Source: an uncultured Chloroflexia bacterium (GTDB lineage Bacteria; Chloroflexota; Limnocylindria; QHBO01). Taken from it: a stretch of DNA of 64,000 nt. The notes under the pieces were generated by a model. That model was not told the DNA's origin, ran no database searches, and saw only the letters and a program-made list of their open reading frames with translations. Made by a program: the position numbers and the translations under genes. Within the stretch, counting starts at the first letter, position 1, and each line of letters begins with the position of its first letter. Shown piece by piece: positions 18,244 through 28,088 of the stretch. The DNA is taken from contig CAWAHY010000004.1 in assembly GCA_963782015.1 (NCBI GenBank), positions 1,044,633-1,108,632 of the forward strand. Direction: 5' to 3'.

Positions 18244-19641
18244 GTGGAGCACCTGCCCCAGGTCCTCTTCCAGCTCTTCGTGCTGCTGCTCGCCACCAAG
18301 CTGGGCGACGAGCTCTTCAAGCGGCTGGGACAGCCTGCCCTGGTCGGGGAGATCCTGGGTGGCGTGGTCGTGGGACCGGCCGTGCTCGGCTGGTACCAGA
18401 TCACCCCGGAGACGTCGCTCTTCGCCCAGATCGGGGCGGTGCTGCTCCTCTTCGAGGTGGGCGTCCACACCCGGATCGGGGAGGTGGCGCGGGTCGGCGG
18501 CACTGCGCTGGCGGTTGCGCTGCTGGGGGTCGCGCTCCCGTTCGTGGGCGGCTACGTGGCCGGGGGCATGCTCGGCCTCAGCTTCGCAGGCCAGATCTTC
18601 CTCGCGGCGGCGCTGACCGCCACGTCGGTCGGCATCACCAGCGGCGCGCTGCGCAGCCTCGGCGCGCTCGCCACGATCTCCGGCCGCGTGATCCTGGGGG
18701 CGGCGGTGATCGACGACGTGCTGGCGATGCTCATCGTCGCCGTGGCGGTGGGCATCTCCGCGGGTGACGTCAGCCCCGCCCGGATCGGGCTGCTGCTGGC
18801 CCTGGCTGCGGCGTTCATCGGCATCGTGGTCGTCGGGGGGACCGGCATCCTGCGCCGGCGCCGATCCCTGCTGACCGACCCGCGCTTCGCGGAGACGCCG
18901 TTCCTGCCCGGCATGATCCTGATGCTGGGTCTCGCCGCGCTGGCGGCGCAGATCGGGCTGGCGGCCATCATCGGTGCCTTCCTGGCCGGGATGGTGGTCG
19001 GCGAGTCGAGCGAGCAGCACGCACTCGAGACCGAGACCGCCCCCGTGGCGGCCTTCTTCACGCCCTTCTTCTTCGGGTTCGTCGGCGCGCAGGTCGACCC
19101 CGCGGCGTTCGGCAGCCTCGCCACGGTCGGCCTCTTGGTCGGCATCACGGCCCTCGCCATCGTCGCCAAGTTCGCCGGATCGTTCCTGGGTGCCATGCGG
19201 CTGGGCCGGGATCGCGCCGCGCTGATCGCCTGGGGGATGGTGCCGCGCGGCGAGGTCGAGATCATCGTCGCGGGGCTGGCGCTGACCGCGGGCGCAATCC
19301 GGCCGGACCTCTATGCGGTGATCGTGGCGATGGTCGTGATCACGGCGGTGGTGGTGCCGCCGCTGATGGGACCGCTGGTACGGCGTGCCGAGCCGGGGGT
19401 CGGCGAGCGCGGCGTAGAAACGGGGAGGCCCCTCGCGGACGAGGGGCCTCCAGTCGGTGTCGGGACCGGCGAGGGTTACTCCCCGCCGGGCGTGACCTCG
19501 ACGGTGCCCTTCGTGAAATCAGTTGCTTTGGTGTCGTCCGTGATCCCTTCCAACGCCTGGGTGGCGAGGTCGGTGCGGAACGCGTCGCTGCCGGGATCGG
19601 CCGCGATGATCCCGGAATCAAGCGCGATCTGGACGGTCTGA
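18244..19641 (+). CDS. cation:proton antiporter (CPA2/Kef-NapA-like); 3' end doubtful
   Basis: GTG start, 11-12 TM helices, GQPALVGEILGGVVVGPAVLG and GAFLAGMVVGES motifs. The ORF reads through a perfect hairpin (19424-19451) and runs 166 nt into the convergent gene. An out-of-frame TAG at about 19413 sits just before the hairpin. Confidence 0.8.
   Translation: MEHLPQVLFQLFVLLLATKLGDELFKRLGQPALVGEILGGVVVGPAVLGWYQITPETSLFAQIGAVLLLFEVGVHTRIGEVARVGGTALAVALLGVALPFVGGYVAGGMLGLSFAGQIFLAAALTATSVGITSGALRSLGALATISGRVILGAAVIDDVLAMLIVAVAVGISAGDVSPARIGLLLALAAAFIGIVVVGGTGILRRRRSLLTDPRFAETPFLPGMILMLGLAALAAQIGLAAIIGAFLAGMVVGESSEQHALETETAPVAAFFTPFFFGFVGAQVDPAAFGSLATVGLLVGITALAIVAKFAGSFLGAMRLGRDRAALIAWGMVPRGEVEIIVAGLALTAGAIRPDLYAVIVAMVVITAVVVPPLMGPLVRRAEPGVGERGVETGRPLADEGPPVGVGTGEGYSPPGVTSTVPFVKSVALVSSVIPSNAWVARSVRNASLPGSAAMIPESSAIWTV
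19424..19451 (-). terminator. GC-rich hairpin between convergent genes (terminator-like)
   Basis: GGAGGCCCCTC-gcggac-GAGGGGCCTCC, a perfect 11-bp stem 25 nt after the stop of the minus-strand binding-protein gene. Only a short TTT follows on the minus strand. Confidence 0.5.
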
Positions 19642-20573
19642 TCCCAGAGCGCCGAAGACAGCTGACCGATGCCGTCGGGTGACGGCCAGATCAACGCGTT
19701 GATCTCGTTCAGCTGCCAGGTCTGGTGCCCGGCCCCCAGGGTGCTGCCGGCAGCGAGGACCATGTCCACGCACTCAGCCGCGTTCTCCCGGCAGTAGATC
19801 CACCCCTTGAACGTCGCTCGCAGGAACTTGACGGCGATCTCCTCGTTGCCGTCCTCGGCGAGCCATGAGGCTCGCGCGAAGAGCGCGTCCTGGAGCATGG
19901 CCGTCCCGACGTCGTTGTAGTCGATGACGTTCAGATCATCGGCCGTGTACAGGTCGCCGGTGTCCGGGTTCTCCGCCTCGAGCACCTGGGCGTACTCGTT
20001 GTAGATCATCGCCTCGGCGACATCGATCTCGCGGGAGAGGAGCAGGGTCATGTCAAACGGCTGGATGACCTTGGTGTAGTCGGTCCCCTCCTCGAGGCCG
20101 ACGGCACGTCCCGCAGCTGTCACCTCGAACTCGTTGCCGAAGTCCCAGACGCCGACCTTCTTGTCGGCGAAGTCGGCTGGCTCGGTGATGTTGCTGTCCT
20201 TCCAGCTGACCGAGAGGGTCCCGGAGCGCTGGAAGATCTGCGCGATGTCGACCAGGTCGGACGGCTCATCGGCCTCCCTGGCCTCCAGCACCTTCGGCAC
20301 CCAGCTGATCGTGAACTCGGGCCCGTTCGCTGCCGAGCCGACCTGCTGCGGGATGACGTCAGGCCCGCCAGGCACGATCTCGACGTCCAGGCCCTCAGCC
20401 GCGTAGTAGCCCTTCTCCTTGGCGGCGAAGTAGCCGGCGAACTGGGCCTGCGGGGCCCACTGAAGCTGGACCCTGACCGCCGTCAGCGACGCACTTGGGC
20501 TCGCCGACGTGCAAGCGGACAGGACCAGGGTGACGGCCGTGGCCAGGGTCAGAAATGCGCGGGATCGTCTCAT
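19476..20573 (-). CDS. ABC transporter substrate-binding lipoprotein (NMT1/THI5-like, NitT/TauT family)
   Basis: ATG 20573 preceded by GAGGAG. Signal peptide plus lipobox LVLSAC. QLQWAPQAQFAGYFAAKEKGYY is typical of NMT1/SsuA-like binding proteins. Confidence 0.8.
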   Translation of the reverse strand: MRRSRAFLTLATAVTLVLSACTSASPSASLTAVRVQLQWAPQAQFAGYFAAKEKGYYAAEGLDVEIVPGGPDVIPQQVGSAANGPEFTISWVPKVLEAREADEPSDLVDIAQIFQRSGTLSVSWKDSNITEPADFADKKVGVWDFGNEFEVTAAGRAVGLEEGTDYTKVIQPFDMTLLLSREIDVAEAMIYNEYAQVLEAENPDTGDLYTADDLNVIDYNDVGTAMLQDALFARASWLAEDGNEEIAVKFLRATFKGWIYCRENAAECVDMVLAAGSTLGAGHQTWQLNEINALIWPSPDGIGQLSSALWDQTVQIALDSGIIAADPGSDAFRTDLATQALEGITDDTKATDFTKGTVEVTPGGE

Positions 20574-20664
20574 CTCCACTCCTCATCTGGTCCCGTGTGG
20601 GGCCGGTCTGTTAATGGCGACTGATTCTAGGGACCGCTCGCTCGCCATGCTTGCGTTTCAGGGT

Positions 20665-21459
20665 TCAGCTGGAACCGTCTCCCCTCACGGAGGCGTGCCA
20701 GGGGATCAGGAGCCGCTCGGCCCCGGCAATCGCCAGGTAGAAGGCGATGCCGGTTGTGGCACCAAACAGGATCGCGGCCCAGGAGACATCCCAGCGCAAT
20801 GCACTCGCGGACTGGACCACCACGCGGCCGATGACGTCGCTGGAACCACCGAAGTACTCGGCCACGATCGCGCCGATCAGGCTGAGGGTGGTGCTGACCT
20901 TAAGCCCGGTCAGGAAGAATGGGAGCGCGACCGGGATGCGCACCTTGCGAAGGACCGTCCATTCGCTGACGGCATAGGAGCGCATGAGCTCGATGGCCGC
21001 CGGGTCGACCGCGGCCAGGCCGCGGACGACGTTGATGAAGATCGGGAAGAAGACGAGCACCGAGGCGATCGCCGCCTTCGAGAGCGGGTTCAGCACGCCG
21101 AACCAGTTGTTCATGATCGGCGCGAAAGCGATGATCGGGATCGCGTTGGCAGCAATCGCGATCGGCAGCACAGCGTCGCGCGCCGTCGTCCAGCGAGCCA
21201 CCGCGGCTCCCCACAGGACGCCGAAGAGCGAGCCGATGACGAGGCCGATCATGGCCTCCACGAACGTGTTGCGGGCGGCGATGAAGAGCGGCCAGCGGCC
21301 CGACGACCAGTTCTCGACCAGGGCTCCGATGATGGCGGATGGCCGCGGCAGCACGCCCCCGTGGAGGGTGAACTCCCAGAGCGCGATCACGCCGAGGAAG
21401 ACGGCCAAGGCCGGCAGATAGAACTGCGCGCGTTGCCGCCAGCGGGCGCGACTGCTCAT
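20665..21459 (-). CDS. ABC transporter permease (NitT/TauT family)
   Basis: 264-aa six-TM ORF of the BPD-transport type (SLIGAIVAEYFGG). The ATGA overlap with the upstream ATPase gene appears once that gene's frame is repaired. Confidence 0.8.
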   Translation of the reverse strand: MSSRARWRQRAQFYLPALAVFLGVIALWEFTLHGGVLPRPSAIIGALVENWSSGRWPLFIAARNTFVEAMIGLVIGSLFGVLWGAAVARWTTARDAVLPIAIAANAIPIIAFAPIMNNWFGVLNPLSKAAIASVLVFFPIFINVVRGLAAVDPAAIELMRSYAVSEWTVLRKVRIPVALPFFLTGLKVSTTLSLIGAIVAEYFGGSSDVIGRVVVQSASALRWDVSWAAILFGATTGIAFYLAIAGAERLLIPWHASVRGDGSS

Positions 21460-22306
21460 TCGATCCCCTCCTCCGCGGCGACCGGGTCGATGCTGACCTC
21501 CACGTCGGCATCGGCTCCTCCGCCCCGCAGCAGCGTGCGCGGACCTCGGTCACGAGCTCGAAGTAGCGCCGGTTCTCGCGGGTCTCCACCCCGCGCGGCC
21601 GCGGCAGATCCACGTCGACGGTCCGCGTGATGCGGCCTGGGCGATGGCTCATGACCACCACTCGGCTGGAGAGGAAGACGGCCTCCGGGATCGAGTGCGT
21701 GACGAAGACGATGGTCGTACCGGTCTTCTCCCAGATCCTCAGCACCTCGGAGTTCATCCGCTCGCGGGTCATCTCGTCGAGGGCGCCGAACGGCTCGTCC
21801 ATGAGCAGGAGGGCCGGCTCCAGGGCGAGCGCGCGGGCGATCGCGACGCGCTGCTGCATGCCACCGGAGAGCTGGTAGGGGTAGTGACGTGCGAAGTCGG
21901 TGAGCTCCACCAGCCCCAGCATCTCGCTGGCTCGTTCCTCGCGCTCGGCGCGGCTCATGCCGAGCAGCTCCAGCGGCAGCCGAACGTTGTCCTCGACGCG
22001 CCGCCAGTCGAAGAGGACGGGAGCCTGGAAGACGATGCCGTACTCCCGGCCGCGCCGCGCCTCGGCGGCCGGCTTGCCGTTGACCATGACCTGCCCCGCC
22101 GTCGGCTGGGTCAGGTCACCGATGATCCGGAGCAGCGTGCTCTTGCCGCAGCCGGACGGCCCGATGAGGGACACGAACTCGCCGCGATTGATCTCGAGGT
22201 CGATCCCGGCGAGCGCAGTGGTCAGCACCTCATCCCGGGTGGTGAAGATTTTCTCCACGCCCTTGAGGCGAACGACCGGACCCTGCTCGGCGGGCGCTGC
22301 TGTCAT
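21456..22306 (-). pseudogene. ABC transporter ATP-binding protein, one frame break near the 3' end
   Basis: ATG 22306. Walker A GPSGCGKSTL, signature LSGGMQQR, Walker B LLMDEPFGALD. After ...YFELVTEVR (about 21540) the listed frame runs on into the permease gene. The neighbouring frame gives TLLRGGGADADVEVSIDPVAAEEGIE-stop, whose TGA overlaps the permease ATG. Confidence 0.85.
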
Positions 22307-22310
22307 GTCG

Positions 22311-23180
22311 TCAGCGGGCCGGAGCCGTGCGGAGCGCATAGCGCTCGGCGATCTGGACGAGGCTGTACGACGCGATCCCGAGCAGGGCCGCGATCAGGAT
22401 CGTGGCCCACAGCTTCTCCGGGCCGCTGATGTACTGGTTGTTGAAGTTGATGATCGAGCGGCCGAGGCCATCGTTCACACCTCCGGGGCCCTCGCCGATG
22501 ATCGCGCCCACGATGCTGGCGGTGGCGCTGATCTTCAGCGCGGTGAAGAGGTAGGGCAGCGACGCCGGGATGCGGAGCTTCCAGAAGATCGCCCACGGCG
22601 ACGCCGCGTACGACCGCATCAGATCCAGGGCGCGGGGATCGGGGAGCGGAGGCCTCGGATCATGGCGATCGTGACCGGGAAGAAGGTGAGGTACGTTGCG
22701 ATGATCGCGACGCTGACGATGCTCGTCCCGAAGGCGAAGACGATCATGGGCGCCAGTGCCACGATCGGGATCGTCTGGCTGGCGATGACGTAGGGCACGA
22801 AGGCGCGCTCCAGGATGCGCGAGTGCACGAAGGCGGTGGCCAGCCCGACTCCCGAGGATCGTCCCGGCGACGAAACCAATGGCTGCCTCACGCCAGGTGT
22901 AGAGCGCGGCACCCACCAGGAACTGGCCCAGGGAGTCCGGTCGCAGACGCTGGACCGGTTCGAGGAGCGCGCCGACGATCTGCCAAACGTGGGGGAGCAT
23001 GAGGTCGGAGGCGAACCGGATTTCGAGCGGTGGACGCCACACCCAGCCAAAGTAGCGCCACGGGTCGCCGCCGATGAACTTCACCAGCTCCCAGGCGACG
23101 AGGATGGCCACGACGAAGAGGCCAAAGGTCAGCACGGACCGGGTCCGGGTGCGCCGTGCGACGCCGTCCGCCGTCGTCAT
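22311..23180 (-). pseudogene. ABC transporter permease (NitT/TauT family) with an internal out-of-frame segment
   Basis: N-terminal (MTTADGV...AAIGFVAGTILG) and C-terminal (DLMRSYAASPWAIFWKLRIPASLPYLFTALK...) parts share one frame. The middle part (GVGLATAFVHSRILERAFVPYVIASQTIPIVALAPMIVFAFG...IRGLRSP, about 22625-22850) is only readable in the frame of ORF 22619..23050. Confidence 0.8.
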
Positions 23181-23207
23181 CGGCTCACCGGGCTGGGCGA
23201 CGATCGC

Positions 23208-24542
23208 TCAGGCGATCGCTGCATCGGTTGCGTCGAGGGCTCGGTCGATGATCGCGAACCCCTCGCGCAGCTGCTCCTCGGTGATGCACAGCGGCGGGTT
23301 GGTGAAGACCTGGTTCCAGTGGAACATGGTGTACAGGCCGTCGGCCCGCAGCTGCGCGTCGAGCGCGGCGAGCTCGGGCGAGGACGAGTTGAAGGGAGCC
23401 ATCGGCTCCATCGTCTCGCGCGAGCGCACCAGCTCGAAGACCCCGAACAGGCCGATGCTCCGCACCGTGCCCGACGCACGGGTGGCGCGCCTGGAGCCCG
23501 GCGAGGAGCTCCTTCATGACCGGGTCGAGGCGGGCGGCGTTGCCGACCATGTCCTCGTCGCGCAGGACGTTGACCGCGGCGATCGCCGCGGCACAGCTGA
23601 TCGGGTGCGAGGAGTAGGTGAGGCCGCCGAAGTAGACGCGCTCGTTGAAGTGCTCGGCGATGCGCGGGCTCATCGCCACCGCGCCGAGCGGCAGGTACGA
23701 GCTGGTCAGCCCCTTGGCCATCGTCATCAGGTCCGGGCACGACGCCCCAGTGATCGACCGCGAACCAGCGCCCGGTGCGGCCGAAGCCGGCCATCACCTC
23801 GTCGCAGATCATCACGATGCCGTGCTTCGTGCACAGCTCGCGGATCCCCTTGAGGTAGCCGTCCGGCGGGATCAGGATGCCGTTGGTGCCGGTGACCGTC
23901 TCCATGATGAAGGCGGCGATGGTGTGCGGCCCCTCGTACTGCATCACCTCTTCGATGTACGCGAGGTGCTCCTCGACCGGCTCGGCCTCGCCGCGCGCCC
24001 AGCGCCACGGGTCGAGGACGCGGATGATCGCCCGGGATGCCCGGCTCGTTCGCCCAGCGGCGCGGGTCGCCGGTGACGCTGATCGCCCCGGCGGTGGCGC
24101 CGTGGTACGAGCGGTGATAGGCCATCACCTTCTGGCGCCCCGTCACCATGCGCGCCATGCGCAGCGCGTTCTCGTTGGCCTCCGCGCCGCCGAGGGTGAA
24201 GAAGAACTGATTGAGGTCGCCGGGCGTCACCTCGGCGAGGAGCTGGCCCAGCCGGCCGCGCACCTCGGTCGCGAACTGCGGCGCCGCGAAGGCCAGCTTG
24301 TGCGCCTGCTCGGCGATGGCATCCGCCACGCGCTTGTTCCCGTGGCCGATGTTGATGCTCATCAGCTGGGAGTTGAAGTCGAGGTAGCGCTTGCCGTCGG
24401 GGTCCCAGAAGTAGACCCCCTCGGCCCGGTCGATGACGATCGGGTTGATCTTGGCCTGGGCGCTCCAGGAGAAGAAGGTGTACTCGCGGTTGAGATGCAG
24501 GATCTCGTCGGTGGTGAGCCGATCGGTGGAGGTGACGGTCAT
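23208..24542 (-). pseudogene. class III (omega) aminotransferase, three frame breaks
   Basis: MTVTSTDRL...FFTLGGAEANENALRMAR...YHGAT runs to about 24040. IIRVLDPWRW...IAAFIMETVTGTNGILIPP...MICDEVMAGFGRTGRWFA runs to about 23740. DLMTMAKGLTSSYLPLGAV (PLP Lys) ...FGGLTYSSHP runs to about 23470. RSIGLFGVFELV...ITEEQLREGFAIIDRAL ends at stop 23208. Confidence 0.85.
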
Positions 24543-24737
24543 CGGTACCTCGAGCGCAACGGGTGCGGCGTCATGAGTGTGGGAGTCCGATTAGACCACA
24601 GCCGGCAAGCCGCCCCAGGCAGACTGCGGCCGTCAACGAAGTGTTGCCAGTGGACACACCCACGTCGCGGGGAGGGCGGTCCGGTGGGGTCCGGTCCACT
24701 GGGCCTCTTGCGCGGTGACCCGATACTGTCCGGACCG

Positions 24738-25760
24738 ATGCACGCCAAACGTACTACCCGGGTCCTGGTCGCGCTGCTGGCCGTCAGCCTGCTGCCGGCC
24801 CTGGCCGTCTCCGCCCACCACGGACCGACGTCTGAGGACGTCGTTGCCGTCGCGACCAGCAGCCCGTGGTTCATGCAATGTGCCGCCGTCGATGGGACGC
24901 AAGCCACGTGTAAGGAGGCCCGCGGCAGCAATTACCCGTCACGCACCGCGGTCATCAAGCCGACGAGCGGACCCCTAAGTCAGGTGGTCACCCGGGTCGA
25001 CGCGCACGTCAATGGCAACCGCGACTTCCTCAAGGAGGACCGAGATTGGTCCGCCGCGATCCATCAGGTGGGCTGTGCCGATACACAAGCGGAACAGGCG
25101 GTTGTTCGTCAGTTCATGGACGACCTGTACTTGAACTTTCCCGATTCGCAAGCTGGCGGGACGTACGGCCCCTTTGCAGTTGGTGAGTGTTCGATGAAAG
25201 GGAGCGTCCTGAAGGCGACCGAAACCTCACCCTGGTATTGGGAGGTCACCAGCGACGTCTTGGCAGCAGCTTTCCCGACGCCCACGCCGACCGCGACCCC
25301 GAAGCCAACGGCCAAGCCGACCGCGACGCCGAAGCCGACGGTTCGGCCGACCGCGCGGCCCACCGCGACCGCCACCGCCACCGCGACTGCGAGCGAGTCG
25401 GCATCAGCGAGTGCGAGTGCCACGGCCACGGCCACCGCGACGGCCAACGAGACGCCGGAGCAGACGGTGGCCGGTATCACCTTCACGCCGGAACCGTCGA
25501 CCGCTCCGCCCGCGCCCGCGGAGGGCGGCGATGACTGGGCGGGATCGGTCCCGTCCGCGGGGGACGTCAGCACGGATCCCGCGAAGCTCGCCGGCAGCGG
25601 CCTTGCGGCGCTCCTGCTGCTGCTGGCGATGGGCTTCATCGGTGAGCTCTTCAACAACACGTTCGAAGCGAATTACGACCGGATCGTGGTGGGCTGGCAG
25701 AAGAGCTGGCTCGGCAAGATCGGGAAGGCGTTCAGCGGCCTGTGGGGAGGCGGCAAGTGA
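24738..25760 (+). CDS. secreted hypothetical protein with a Pro/Thr/Ala/Ser-rich linker and a C-terminal TM helix
   Basis: ATG 24738 inside the longer listed ORF. Signal peptide MHAKRTTRVLVALLAVSLLPALAVSAHH, a Cys-containing globular part, a low-complexity linker, then LAALLLLLAMGFIGELF. Confidence 0.6.
   Translation: MHAKRTTRVLVALLAVSLLPALAVSAHHGPTSEDVVAVATSSPWFMQCAAVDGTQATCKEARGSNYPSRTAVIKPTSGPLSQVVTRVDAHVNGNRDFLKEDRDWSAAIHQVGCADTQAEQAVVRQFMDDLYLNFPDSQAGGTYGPFAVGECSMKGSVLKATETSPWYWEVTSDVLAAAFPTPTPTATPKPTAKPTATPKPTVRPTARPTATATATATASESASASASATATATATANETPEQTVAGITFTPEPSTAPPAPAEGGDDWAGSVPSAGDVSTDPAKLAGSGLAALLLLLAMGFIGELFNNTFEANYDRIVVGWQKSWLGKIGKAFSGLWGGGK
25275..25447 (+). repeat. low-complexity coding repeat (TPxP / AT / AS runs)
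   Basis: Encodes TPTPTATPKPTAKPTATPKPTVRPTARPTATATATATASESASASASATATATATA. The DNA is built of reiterated ccgac/gccac units. Confidence 0.7.
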
Positions 25761-26522
25761 TCCGTCTCGCGGCGGCGGTCCTGCTCGCGGCGGTGATCAG
25801 CTCCTTCCTGAGCCCGAACCTGGGGTTCGACTCGGCCTCGTTCGCCACCCTCCTCGGGTTCGTGATCGCGGTGGTCGTGATCCTGATCACGCTTCGAGGT
25901 GCCCGGGCTGGTTGAGCATCGGCGCAGCACCGGCGAGCTGGGCCGCCTGCGGGTGCTGCCGTGGGCCCTCTTCCTGGCGGCGATCTTCGTGCTCATCTCG
26001 CGGCTCGCCGCCCTCCAGCCCGGGTACCTGTGGGGGGTGGTGCTGGGCGTGATCCTGCTGCGACCGCACACCGCCGCGGATGAGGGTCGCGAGGCGGCCG
26101 CCGGTGCGCTGTGGACGCTCGCGATCTCGGTCGCCGCGTGGCTTGCCCTCGGTTGGGTGCGCACCTCCGCCGGGGCCGATGCCTCCTTCGTCTCGACCAT
26201 GCTCCAGACCGCCCTGGCCGCGATCGTCGTCTCGGGGCTCGAGGCGGTCGCGATCGGGCTGCTGCCGTTCCGCTTCATGCCGGGGGTCGCCGTCTACCGA
26301 TGGAACCGGCTGGCGTGGGCGCTCCTCAACGGGGCGAGCCTGTTCGCCTTCATCCACATCCTGATCGGGCCGACCAGCGGCTACATCTCCGACCTGGTCG
26401 CTCCGGCGTGGCTGGCGGCGATGGGCATCTTCGCCGCGTTCGGGGTCTTCACGATCCTCTTCTGGGGCTGGTTCCGATTCCGGCCCTCGCCGGCCGAGGC
26501 AGAGACGCAGGCGGCCGAGTAG
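25757..26522 (+). pseudogene. polytopic membrane protein (GLLP-motif), one frame break
   Basis: GTG 25757 overlaps the upstream stop (GTGA) and reads VIRLAAAVLLAAVISSFL...VVVILIT to about 25890. ORF 25899..26522 then continues (FEVPGLVEHRRSTGELGRLRVLPWALFLAAIF...AIGLLPFRFMPG...). Confidence 0.55.
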
Positions 26523-26574
26523 TCAGGCTACTGCTCGTGCACCTTCGGCTGCGCTCGTAAGTAGTCGAGCTACT
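26518..26574. repeat. two copies of a 15-bp palindrome (motif family 3) in a convergent intergenic region
   Basis: AGTAGTCAGGCTACT at 26518-26532 (overlapping stop codon TAG 26520-26522) and AGTAGTCGAGCTACT at 26560-26574. Arms AGTAG/CTACT, 42 bp apart. Confidence 0.5.
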
Positions 26575-26671
26575 GACCGCGCACATCTCGCGGCCGTGGA
26601 GCGTCAGCCGAGTCGTGCGCCTTATGAGGCGGCGCGTCCGCGTGCGGTTGGGTGCATGAGCAGAAGTGGGG

Positions 26672-28088
26672 CTACTCCTCAGCGCCGGCTGGCCCCTGGC
26701 TGCCCGCCGCCCGCAGGATGGCGGCCGCAGTGCGGTCGATATCGGCCTCGGTGGTCGACCAGTTGCTGACGCTGATGCGCATTGCTCCCAGGCCATGCCA
26801 GGTGGTGCCGCCCATCCAGGCCTCGCCGCCGTCCTGGACCCGCGTCATCACCTCGCGCGTGAACGCGTCGGCGTCGCCGCCGCGCGGGGCGTGAAGCGCA
26901 CCAGCACCTGGTTGAGGACGACGTCGTTGAGGATCTCGACACCCTCGACCGCGGAGAGCCGATCCGCCATCCGCCGTGCGAGGCGGCAGCAGCGCTCGAC
27001 CAGCTCCCGCACGCCGTCCCGACCCAGCGAGCGGAGCGCCGCGTAGACGATGAAGCCGCGAGCCCGTCGCGAGGAGTCGAAGACGAATTCCCAGTTGTCC
27101 CGATGCGCGGGGTCCTGCATCAGGTAGGCGGCCGGGGCGGGTGACATGGCCGCCCGGTGGGCATCGCGATCCCGCACCGCGACGAAGCCGCAGTCGTAGC
27201 CGACGTTGAGCCACTTGTGCGCGTCGGTGGCCCAGGAGTCGGCGCGCTCGACCCCCGCCACCAGGTGCCGCAGCTCCGGGCTCGCCGCCGCCCACAGGCC
27301 AAAGGCCCCGTCGACGTGGATCCAGGCGTTGGGGTGGGTCGCGAGTGCATCCGCGACCGCGTCGGCCGGGTCGAAGGCGCCGGTGTTCACGTTGCCGGCC
27401 TGGATCGCCACGATGGTCGGGACGTCGCGGTCAAGCGCGGCAGGCAGGAGCTCCGCCCGCATCCGGCCCTGCTCGTCGGTGGGGATCCGCGTGACCCGCT
27501 CGCGACCCAGCCCCAGGTACTGGAGCGCTCGAGGACGGTGGAATGCACCTCGTCCCCCACGAAGACCTGGATCTCCGGAGCCCCGTAGAGGCCACGCGCC
27601 TCGACGTCCCAGCCGGCACGGCGGAGGACGGCGTGGCGGCCGGCCGCCAGGCCCACCGTGCTGCCCAGCGCGGCGCCGGTCGGGAAGCCGAAGCTGGCAT
27701 CGGCGGGCAGTCCGAGCAGGTCGAGCATCCACGGGCCGGCGACGAGCTCGGCGGCGGCCGCAGCCGGCGACATCGGGTGGAGGTTCGAATTCTGTGCCCA
27801 CGTGCCGGTCAGCCAATCGGCGCCGGCCGCGGCCGGAAGCTGGCCGCCGACGACGAACCCGAAGTAGCGCGGCCCGGCGGTCGCCACCAGCCCGGGGTCG
27901 AAGTCGCGCGCCATCTGCTCGACCACCGTCTCCGGGTCCTCCCCCTCATCCGGCAGCGGGCCGGCGAGCCTGGCCACGAGGCCGTTGTCATCGGTCAGGG
28001 CGCCGACGTGCCGCTCGTCCAGCCCCGCCACGAATTCGAGGGCGAGCTCCGAGGCACGTCGGAGCACCCGCTCGGTGTCGTCAGCCAC
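26672..28088 (-). pseudogene. PLP-dependent (group II-like) decarboxylase, two frame breaks
   Basis: GTG 28088 preceded by GGAGGAG. MADDTERVLRRASELALEF...GPRYFGFVVGG...FPTGAALGSTVGLAAGR runs to about 27530. LRALQYLGLGRERV...VDGAFGLWAAASP...TDAHKWLNVGYDCG (PLP Lys) runs to about 26885. GGDADAFTREVMTRVQDGGEAWMGGTTW... ends at stop 26672. Confidence 0.8.

Noticed and set aside
13239-19020. Long minus-strand ORFs 13239..15677 (812 aa), 15608..17371 (587 aa) and 17257..19020 (587 aa)
   Set aside because: They lie opposite to, or out of frame with, clearly identifiable genes (ABC ATPase, pntAA/AB/B, HAD, antiporter). Their composition is dominated by Arg, Gly, His, Asp and Pro with no motifs, which is typical high-GC shadow ORF content.
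27782-27790. GGTTCGAAT, resembling a tRNA T-loop
   Set aside because: No complementary T-stem, acceptor stem or anticodon arm can be drawn around it. It lies inside the decarboxylase coding region.
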